Source: Mytilus edulis
Lineage: Eukaryota
Assembly (NCBI RefSeq): GCF_963676685.1
Contig: NC_092348.1
Location: 6,696,001-6,760,000 of the forward strand
DNA length: 64,000 bases
Direction of reading: 5' to 3'
Positions 14,401 to 26,400 of this stretch are shown here, in pieces (the first letter of the stretch is position 1; each line of letters starts with the position of its first letter). The translations under genes and the position numbers were made by a program. Below the pieces are notes generated by a model that saw only the letters and a list, made by a program, of their open reading frames with translations, searched no databases and was not told the origin of the DNA.

Positions 14401-17400
14401 TATTTTGATCATTTGATTACATGTAAAACTCCTTAACCTGGTCAAGTGTAAGGTGGTGATGGAAATTTACATCTGATTAAATGAGAAAAAAAAGCAGGAT
14501 GTAATGTAATTGAACAAAAATAGTTATATAATAAAGAAAAAAGATAAATGTATAAAAAGCCTAAATAAATATATAATCATCCTAAGAAAACATATTTGTA
14601 ATGTAGAAAAATAAATAAAAGCTTGAACAACTATTTTAACTGTGTCTAAATACATATCAGTTAAAACATTTTTTTTTTAATATTCTTCATATCAAAAACA
14701 TTCTTAATTTATTGATATTGATAAATCATACTTAAAGAAAGTAATTTTATTGTTTTCAGGTAAACCAGAAGCACCTACAAGCTTGTCAAGTCCAAAAAGG
14801 TCATGGGACAAAGTAACATTACGATGGACTCCTGGTTTTAATGGAGGGTCATACCAAGCATTTGTTGTGAAGTACAAAAGTAACCCTCCCAATGCAGGGG
14901 ACCAATCAATTAGAGTTATGCCTGACAATGCTACAGAATTTACTGTTTCCAGTGAGTAAAAGTTGACTGTATTGGTTACAGCATAGATTGCAAATGAGTT
15001 ATCTCCCCTTTAGTGTAAAATATTTAAATTTAATTCATGAATTTATTTGATTATGAAAACTATTTTTGATACAAAAGAGTGAAGACAAACATATTGTTCA
15101 TTATGCCAAACAGTACCATCTGATTTTATTTATTAGTTTTGCAAGTATCTGTTTGAATTGTTGTTCCCCAAAGCCCCTCACAGTTGGAAACATAGAATGT
15201 TGAAACTGAATTTAAAATTAAATTGTTATTCATTCAGAAAATATATTGTTAATGAATAAAGCATATTATAGAATTGATTTCTACTTTTCAGATCTGTTAC
15301 CCAGTACAGCCTATGTTTTCCAAGTTTGTGGATATAACGAGCTAGGAGAAGGAGACTTGTCAGATTCTATCACAATTACAACTAATGGTGAGTAATCTCC
15401 CCTTTTGAATATTTTAGAAAGTGTTAACAATTAGATATCTTCTTTATTATCTATCATTATTTTCTGTATCCATTGTCATGCTTCATGTGAAATAATTAAA
15501 TAAACTGTTGCAATTCCTGGTGTTGCCAAATTTCGATTATTAAGTTTTTTAAACTTGAGAAAAAAAACATTTACATACATTTTCAATATGAATAAACAAA
15601 GAAGGGAGTGAAAAATACCTGCAAATCTTGAATAAGATAGAATTAATAAAGTTGACACTTTGGATATTTTTTTCATAATAAAGATGAACACAAAAAATAA
15701 AAATTTAGCTTTATACACAAATGTATAATAGTATTTGATAAACCATAGGTTAAACAGAAAGATTGCCATTTACACATGTAAATAGATATGCTCGGTATAG
15801 CCTATATTTTATTTTTTATTTCAGGTTATACATTCCCATTTATCAAGGAGACACCAGAGTTTTCTGGTGACAACAAAGAATTAGTCTTAAATCTTGATGT
15901 GAACAGTACCTTTTGTGTGAAGGTCAAGGTCAGCACCAACGGTGGACAGTCGTGGCAAACCTTTACTAATAATGACCTTGAATGTTTTGATGCCAATGTT
16001 GCTAAGATGATCGTGACAACCAATGGAGTAGACAGAATGAATGTTTCCCTCTGTCTTGTAGAGCGTATGGATGTCTGTGGCCAGCCTGTTTCTGTTCGAA
16101 TTAGTAAGTCTCCAAGCACCTAGATCATGTCGGATTTGTATATCTAGAAATAAAGCACCTGGGTCATGTGACAAAAGTTTTTATTAAAAAAAAATGACAT
16201 TTTATACAGATATTTGCATTGATTTTTGAAAAGATACATTTATTCAAAAAAACCATTGCACTTTATTTTATAATTATGAATAAAAAGAAAGAGGTTTAAT
16301 AAAAGCCATTATTCAAATTACACAAACCAACAAAAAAATAATATTTTTTAAAATGATGTGAATTATTGATACTGATAATAATGCATACCATATTTTTGTG
16401 TGCTTTTGTAATCTTATTTTCATTTTAATCAAATAGTTTGTCACATTGCCCAATAGAAATTTTACTTTTAATTGTTATATTTTTTTATATATGTCAATTT
16501 TTGGTGTATCAAACAATTTTTTGGTTTTTAAGTGTTTATCATATTCAATGGTTTTCATTGGATCAAAGGAAATAGAGGACATTTATGTTCAAATCAACTC
16601 CATGAATTTTAGGTGAATGGAATATCTCTGGTGAGAATGAAGATATTTTTTATCCAAGACAGAAAGACACATGTTATTATTCAAGAGAATATATTTGTTA
16701 CTTTAATATTGCTGTATAAAATTCAAAGGGAAATAACTCTGTTTTGCCTAATGTTTATGTCAGGGGGAATAACTCTGTTTTGCCTAATGTTTATGTCAGG
16801 GGAAATAACTCTGTAGTGTTGTGTCATGATACCTTCATCATTATTGCAAGTCTTGAAAATCAATTAAGTTTTTGGCATTTTTATACTCCCAGGAAGTTTT
16901 CTATAAATGTGTCAATTTTGAAATGAATTGAGTCATAAAGTTTTTAAGATAAGAGTGTAGACTCTTAATGACCAATATGTGTTTGATCTTTTTGCTGGAA
17001 TATATTCAGAGCAGACTTCATCACTGTAAATCAAAGAGATGTTATTATTTAGCATGAAAAAAATTCTATGATTCTCCATTTACAATGCAATGTATGGTGT
17101 GCATGTGCATCCACAATCCATATGCATTAAAATAATATGATTTCAATAGAAAGATCAAACTAACTCTTTATTTCAACATACTAACCTAAATTATACATTT
17201 TAGTTGCTTTTTCTCTCTGCATTGATTTCTAAACTTACTAACAGGATGATAAAGGGTATGCTAAGTTGAGGAGAAGGAGAACTTGCTATTGAAAGAATAT
17301 ATTTCAACTTGTTCTTTTATTTGGAGTAAATTGAGTTTAAGAAATTAGTACAAGGTGCTATAAAATGGTTCAGTGGTGTGACAGGGGGATAAGGGTACGA

Positions 17401-20400
17401 AAAATTACCCTTTTACAAAAATAATTGGATATTAATATACTTGCTCATTTAAAGATCATTGCATTGGCATAATCATTCTTAAAGTGCTTAGTAAGCTAAA
17501 TATTACCTGAACAAGATTTGTAGAAAAAGTAAATTATGACTATCGGAAATCAATAGATAAAGTTCATTATGATATAAACATCTTCAAGGGAAAAGATAAG
17601 CATATCTTATATAAGAATAAGGAGATTTTGTTCTCAACATTTATTTTTTTTCTTCTTCATTTTTTCGATACATATTCTGCCAAGTAAGAGTTGAGAAAAG
17701 CATGCTAAAACATAAAGACTAGGAAAAAATGGCCCAAAAAATTTAAATCTAGAGCTAATTCTTTCCTATGCAGACCATCTTTCTGAGCCAAGCCCCTTTT
17801 CTTAACAAAATTTGTTAGCATGGTCATCTTAAGTTTAACTGATAATGATAAATTTTCTCAATTTTAACATGGTCAAACTTAATTTACACATGTTCAATGG
17901 GTCAGTTTCAAAGTAGTGTTTTCTCATGCAGGTGATCATTTTACTACCTGACCATAAATTGTTTATTTTCTGAAAGGAAATAAGATTATAGACCAGATAA
18001 CATACAATAATGGCTCCAGTGTTAAAGTGGAGCGAGAGGCTATTTTTAAATATTTGCCAAAACCAATTTTATTTTCTTTCAATCAATAGTTCATTCAATT
18101 TGTCCGTTGAAATGAAATCCTTCACCTGTGTATTACACACCTTCATTGTACCCATCAAATTTTAATCTGATCAAGCGAAGGCTTTTGGACTCAGTGGTAA
18201 CATCCGCGAATTAAAATGTTGTCCATTGTCCGATCTGAACGATTTTTACAGGATTTGGTGAGATCATGGGGTGAAGTTGACAATTTGTTTCGGTATCAAT
18301 ATCTGATTATTTATAAAATCAAAGTGGATTAGGTAAAAGTCAGTTTTGTTATGTCACATTCACAGCTAAAAAAAAGGGACTGCATTTATTGTTATTGATA
18401 AATAAAATTTTTGGTGAAAGATTTTTCTTTGTATATACATGTATAAAAAAAAATCCCTTATTTGGTGATATTTTTTTTTTTTTTAAAGATGTCCATTTCA
18501 TTACAAAATTTAAATTTAAACCTGGTTAGATAATTATATAACTAATGGATTACCATTTGCACCATAAATTTGTGTAAAAAAATGCCAGAAAAAGTATTAC
18601 ACCTTTACTGGAACTTAAAAAAATAATGAAAACATTCTAAAAACTAGAATTTAACATATGCTGTGAGTAGATAAAGTTCAAAGAGGGAAACCAATATAAA
18701 TTTATTTTCCCTTTGAAGGCCCCTTTATAGTTAACATTACATGTAACAGACATATGGCCTATAGCATTTGATTATTTCATCCCAGGATTATATCAATATT
18801 TATTTTAGGCTTGTGTTTACATCTTGTCAAGTTATATAGTAAAGATACCCATCTTTTGATTACATAAAGAAATCTAAATTACCTGGGAGGGAAAGATTTA
18901 AAATAGGGAGGAAGTCTGATATGAAGGGACATCCCAGTACTTTTCCAAGTGGTATATTTGAAACATTCTGGAAACAAACAAAGCTTGAAAATTTTGATGT
19001 CCCATAATTCAAAAATTTGTATAGTGATAAAAAATCCTTGCATAATTGAATTTTGATAAACTTAAAAGCCAATTAATATCAAACCATATAGTTTCCACAG
19101 ATCAATTATATCAGAATAAAAATAAAAAATTCTTTTTTATGTTTCTATAATTTGATTTTTAGGAGATAAAAATCTTTTTATCATTTGTTCAATGCAATTT
19201 AGAATCTTAATTCTACCCTTATGGGCCTTTGAAATATACATTAATATTTTTATACATGTGGCATGAAATGTCAATTGCCTGTGGAAATTTAAAAGTCAAT
19301 AAATAATTCATTTATGTAAAATGTGAGAAATATGAAACATTTCACATTTTTACTCAAATATCAAATTTTTAATACCTACATCATAAACAATGTCTGACAG
19401 ATTTGCTACCTGTCGAAATTTAATTAGATAATCACCCTCCAAAACAAAATAAACTCAGCTCAAAACGTTTAATTCAATTAACTTTAGGAGAGTCTATTGT
19501 CCTGAATAGGGTTGAAAGGTTACACCTGGGAATCTTTCACTGTTGATTGGGTAGATTTCACTCAACCTTGAAGAGAATTCAGGTCATCTGAATGTAGTGG
19601 AATGGAGTAAATAATTTGTTGAGATTTTGTTTATTAATTAATTTCTGTTGTGTGTTATTTCCCCCTTTTGTGTATTGGATTTTACTTAATTAGTGTGGAA
19701 GTGTTATCCCACCTTGACTAGAATATGTTACCAACTGGAGAAAGGAATACACCATGTTGATTTCATTGCTGAAATAGACAACCATGGTGAAATAGAAGTA
19801 TTTATTCATATTTTCACTGGGAAAATCCTTTCAGTTTTATTAATTTTGTACCTTTGGGATTTAAATGAAAAAGTAATTAAGAATATTAATTTTTGGAGAA
19901 GTGACATTTGAATGGATATGAAGATTTTTGTAACATTTTGTGAAATATTATTGGATACAACAATCAGATGAAGTTTTAATTATTGGATATTTAGCTGAAG
20001 ATAATATCTACAAAACTATTGAATTATTCATCAACACAGAACAAAATGTCAGGTGAGAGAAAATTTCTATCTTTCAAATCAATAAGAAACTTATCATTTT
20101 CATGTTGTGGCATAAAAATATAGGTAAATTACTTATGATATTTAACCTTGTGGATGTTTTTATGAGTCATAAGAGTTCCTTTTGAAAAATAAGCAGTTTA
20201 AAATTGTGAAAAATAAACTGTTCAGCAGGAAACGTGATATGAAAATTCATAACTTCCCCTATTTGTTTTTTGGCTGTAACAGAGACAGTCTCTGGCTGTA
20301 ATAACTAAGACGGGAGTTATTCAAATTGTTCCTCATGTTTAATGAAATGGACTAGCTGGCGTGTCTCTATACATGCATGCTATTTGTGGCCAGAATTGAG

Positions 20401-23400
20401 AGAGACAGGCAATTTTAAGATGCTCGAACCCATTTTTTTTCTTGTTTCAATACAGGGGATGTATCTGTGTGCTTGTCCATTGCATAGGGGAGGAGAGTAA
20501 AGACTCAATAAAGATACCCAATATATGATTTTGTAAGCTAGACATCCATCTAGTCCTATAATATAAGACGCTGCAGGTTCATATCATTTACATTCAACGT
20601 TTTTTATTGGATATTTTTTTTTTACTATCAATGTTGAACTGTTGAGTTGCAGTTCAACATTGATAGTAAAAAAAAAATATCTGATAAAAAACGTTGGATG
20701 TAAATGATATGAACCTACAGCGTCTTATATTATAGGACTATAATCCATTCTTTTATATAACACTCATCAGTTGTTTTCAAATCAAAACAGTTGGAGAAGA
20801 CTTAAAATCGTTAGCGAAAAAAAAAGATGGCTAAATAATTTTAAAAAGAAAATGTTGAAGATGCTACTTTAAATTATAACTTTTTCACTCTAGATGTGAA
20901 AAGTACATTGCTCTAAGAAATTGGACATAATGGTTAATTAGTTGAGTCTAAATATAAAATTGTTACAAAATTAAGAATCGGTCTTGCGTTAAGCTAGAAG
21001 AACATCATATTGAAGATATTAATGTGTCTTAGTTTTCCTGTGGTCTGATGTTCATTCATGTATTAAGGAAATTTGAATTGTTTTTGTATTTTACATTTAA
21101 ATTACATCATTGCCTTTTCCTGATCCTCATTTAATTGACACAACTTTGAGATTAAGGATAAGTGTGAACATAATCTATAAGGATAATCTGCATTGGAATG
21201 TTAAAAAGGGGGGATAATTCCTAAGATAATCCTGAATTGTGATAAACATTATGTCATTCTATTGTACATGTTTAACATCCAAACAATAGACTTATAAGGA
21301 TAAGCTAGATATAAATTAATCTTAGTCAAAAATGAAAATTGGAAACTTTAACCCTTTTTTGTAGAAAAAAATAAAGGGAGCTTTGAAATTATGTGACTGT
21401 CAAAATAGCCATAAGTGCATCAATAGCGTGTACATTCAATATCTAGAGCTAAATATCATGCTTTTAAATTGAATTATGCTTTTTTTGGTTGGGGGAGTTC
21501 AGTCACAGGTATTTGAATGCTTTGTCAATAAGGAACCTGTGTTAATAACATGGTTTATCTCAGTCCTTTCCTTGTTTGTGACTAGCATCTATATCTGCTT
21601 TTAGATATCTTGTCCAGTATCTAAAAGGTTGTATCAACACCCAAGAGTTATTTACTTTGAGTTCTTTTCTTTTTTCTTATCACAATTCTAATTGTCTGTA
21701 CAGTAAAGAATGGACTTGATGAATCTTATGATAAACAAGAAATCAGTTTATCTAGACCGTTTTTGCTGGAGGATATTTTTTGTACCATAACGGGATAATC
21801 CCATTTTCTCTGTCTGACTCATGAGTAATTAATGAAAGCTTAATCATATTGTGTCATCATATTGTGTCATCCTCGTGTCATCATAACACATGTTCCGATA
21901 ATATCTAATGGAGTCATTTTTTGAAAATTTAATTGATATCATTGATTTAAAATCATTACTAAGTACTATTACCTTGAATATAAATAATAAGTTTAATTAT
22001 GCATTATAGTTTTCTCGATTTTCCAAATGTTTGGATCAAGGATACCAAAGTTATAAGTGTTTATTAAAAGAAGATAAAATATAGTATTGACCACTGTTTT
22101 TATATGTACTATAGCTCCAATAAAATACCACATTAAATCAGTTGGTGTTGGCTACGTGACTCAGGAGAGGAATAGTGTGAGAAAGTAGAAAATATCCTGG
22201 ATTCAGAATGATTAAGTGTTGGTTGCTTAACATCCAGTGGCAAATATTTCATGCATATTTAGGACCAGGACATCTTGGATTAAGAATCAACAATGAATAC
22301 TATTGTAATGTCTGACCCACTATTTTCTCAGAGACAGAGTTAATAGCATAAATTCTAATTGGAATACTTGCATCAAATTTGAACAGTTCAGATCAGATAA
22401 AATTGTACAATGCAATTTATTTGGGTAAATTATTTTAAAACATAGAAATGGTAGATGCTCCCTCAACCTCTGTATTAGAAAAGTGAATTTTAAATTATCC
22501 GACAGATTATCTTAATTGGTTAAACTCCAAAGAAAACAATGTTGTCTTATCCTAAATATCAGAGAAGACCATGATAAATATCACTTCATAAATAGTGGGG
22601 GGTTTACAAGTGGCAGAACAAGGGAATGTCAATATTGACCCTTTACACAAATACCTTCAGTACTAACCAAAAACTCTCACTTTTAATTAAGAGTAGATAA
22701 CGGTCAGTGTCTTTAGTTTGTGAAATATTTACATTGGGGTGGAATTGTAATGAGAAATAAAGAGATTGATACAAACTTGTGATAATGAAGGGTGAAAGTT
22801 TTAATTGGTTTTACCTCTCCAGGTCCACTTATGTTCTAGGTCAGAGTAAACTGGTCACTTGTGTTCACTATCGCTAAATGCTTTACATGGAATGGCTGAC
22901 AGTAAACTGGACTCTTGTGTTCACTATCCTTACAAGCTTTAGATGGAATGGTATACCAGTTAAGAGTCAGAGAAGGAAAGTGAAGTTTTCTGATAAAATG
23001 CATCCAGATACTACAGAAGAAATTCTTTCAAGTGGTTTTCTAGATAACTTATTGAAATCTTATCTTTTTTAGCAGTTGTCAAGTTTCTGCTTCTATTTGG
23101 TTAAATTGGTTTTCCAGACTTTACTAATTGGCACATTTCACTTATTCAAATCATTCATTAGCACTCTACTTTCTCAATTGGCTATCAGTTACTTTGTTTT
23201 TAAGATTTTCTTGTTTAGTTACTGAAGTTTGGATTGTAATCCCAATGGCAATATTTGTTCATTTATCCCAATGGCAATATTTGTTCATTTATTCCCGATT
23301 TCTCACATTTCTGGGTTACCATGGTTACTGCACGAGTATTCAACATTATGTCCAATGGCCTATAAGTCCTGTCCAGTTGGATTTGTTTCAGAAACTCTTT

Positions 23401-26400
23401 ATTTTATTGCATTGCTGCATAATTGCTTGAGTGTTATATAATTAGCATCAATAGACAAGTCTTGAACATAGAAGTGACTTTTAGTAGACATTAATAGTTA
23501 GCCAGCTTACAATAATGTGAAAAAAATTGACCATGTGTTTAGACAATTTTAAGCCACTGTCAGCATGGTCAGCATACAGTAATGTAGGGGTTGAATTTTC
23601 AAACCAATGACCTGGAATAGGTTAACTCAACCCATGATAAATTGTCCTTTATACCAAGTTATGATATGCATATATGTATTATGTATTACAACATACTGAC
23701 GGCAGGTGCTTGTTCAGCATACTCCACCCCTTTCCTTTCTTTTACAGTTTTATCCCCTAGCCTCAGTTTCAATATGTTCCGTCAGGTTGTGTGAAAGTTA
23801 TAACATTGACAATAGGAATACAATCTTTATGAATAATGTTGATGGTCTGCCAAACTTTCACTTATAAAAATATATTGTATATTTTGAACCTTTATGAATA
23901 TGAAAATTTAAGATAAATTGAAATTAAACTAGGACCAGATTTTCCCTATTGACAGACAAGTTTACTAATATTACCAGATAATAGTAAAGTTGTATTTGTT
24001 AGATTTGTTTCTTTGTTGGAATAACTAGACTCTGGTTCTTGCATTCATTGATATTATACAGAACAATGGCTTATGAATGGTATTGTACAATGTATTAATT
24101 TCAGCTTATCAAATTCCTTTTAATTTAAATTTTAAAGATTTTCTAGCTTGTAAATACGTGCATGTTAAAGCAGAGCATACAGTTCATGTAATATACATAG
24201 CTTTGATTTAAAAGTATAACGCTATATGTAATGTTAAATGCAAAAATAATCTGAAACCATACATAGTGTTAGTACATGTCTTGCCTACCAATTCCTTCGA
24301 GCTAATATCTATATGTATATCTAAGGAAAGTTTTTTCTTTAAGATTTGAAAATATTGTTACATTATTATATCTAAGGTAAATGGTAGGTAAAATCTGAAC
24401 ATTTAATTTGTGTAACCTAGATTTATTTGTTCCGTTTGAAGTCATGTGTTATTTTGTACCAGATAAAATCTGAAATCAGGTAAAATGTTAGTCATTACCG
24501 ATCGGTCGAACTGTTTGAACATGACTATATAATTATATACAAATCTATAATACTTTGTTCGTAAGGTCGAGGTTTAATAAAATCCCCCTTTGTCGATTTA
24601 AAAACCACTTTGCTGTAAAGAAAAAACATCAACAAACAGGCTTTAACAATAGGTATTCCACAATAAACATTCTTATAGCGTTCCTTAAAATAGAATGTGG
24701 TATTATACAGAGATGTATGCCACCTAGTGAAGCAGAAAGTATTGTACTTATTGTACGTAAAGGGATTAGGTTTCTTTAACATGTCCGATATTCAGTATCC
24801 CGTCAACAGGACTAAATGACTTGATCGATCTCCTTTATAAGATTTGTATTCTGATGTTTTCACATTTAAAAATCAGAAATGCATTAGAATTTGAATTTCC
24901 CATTATCAAATCTTGATTTGGTTGTATTTAAGTTGAAACTTAATAAACCATGCTTTGTTATGTGTTATGCCTACAATGCTATGATAAACCAAGGGATATT
25001 TTACATTAAGTAAAAAAAGGTGGTAGAAATCTTAGGATAGGAAGGCTATCAAGGGGGAGTATTATAAAACTTTTCTGTAAAAAAACTGTTAAATATAATT
25101 ACGGAAGAGACAAAATGTGGTTAATAAATTCATGCTATGAAAGCTAGTCTAAAGCAGAAGAAAAATTGATTTTTTTCTGTTCTTGATCAACACTGAGGCC
25201 TTCAACACAGAATAAAAGCTTGCACCTGATAGAAACTTCACAACCAGCAATGATTTAGTGAATTTCTTTATGCTACATCTACCCGTTGGTTAATTTAAAC
25301 ATATTATAGACTATAATGGTCAAATAATCAAACGAAAAACATCATATAGTATTAATATGGTATGGATTGCGTGGTTGATTTGAGAGAACAGTCTGTCATT
25401 AATTGCCTCAGTACATATACCTTTAGTGTGACAAGCAACAATATAATCCTAGTATCATGCAACACTTTTTAAAAAATCAATTTGTTCATTTGTAGATAAT
25501 GCTATCACATTTTCCAATCATCTTGACTGAAATTAGATATTCATTTTGTTTTTTACTGAAATCAATCGATTTTTGGGTGTGAACAAAAGTGAATAGGTAT
25601 TACGTGACTTGATCTGACTCCTTCATGTATATATCTGTTTCTAATCTTTAACAAATAAGGAAGCTTTGTTTTATCAGTCTCAACAAATGTACTCTTCTGT
25701 GTTAAATACAAGGATAGGAAAAAATTGAAAGTACAAAAATTTTGATTCTTTATTTATATTGGGCTTAAAAACAAATTCGTGAGAGGGGGATTAATGTTCC
25801 CATAGAACACAGTTAGGACAATTTCAAGATGATTGTTTGTCATGATTAGGTACAGGCACATTTCACATGAGAACCCATCTTTACAGTGGCCTTGAAACCT
25901 CACTTTATTAGAAGTATCCCAGTATATTTTGTTTCATAGCATTGATAAATTGTAACAAACAAATTTAAAATCTGATGCAGTTTAAAAGTTGTGCTTTACA
26001 TACTGTTCAATAAGCTTAAAGGGGCACTAGCTGTCAAATTCATTGTTACCGATTTGACTCAAATTTTCATATTTGGTTTATAACAAGGTAAAACATTTAT
26101 CCAAACTATCAAAAGTCTAAAATAAACAGTTTACAGAGCATGGGGTAGATAATATATAGGTTCGTTTCGTGTGTATTTTAGTCCAGTCGCCATCTAATTA
26201 ACTATCGATTTGACCTCAGATGACCATATAAACGATGTAAACAAAAGTAAAGATACGAATAGATTAAACCAACACGTGCAATTGGATTTTTATAGGTCTG
26301 TTTGATTTTATTTTATAGATTAAAAATAGATGTTTCTCATTGTTTTTAACCATATACGAATGATTTTATGTGCATCGAATTAGTAATCAAATGATTTACC

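Noticed and set aside
22845-23300. Short local duplications (also 643-815 and 41677-41730)
   Set aside because: Ordinary 15-30-bp slippage duplications with no further structure.
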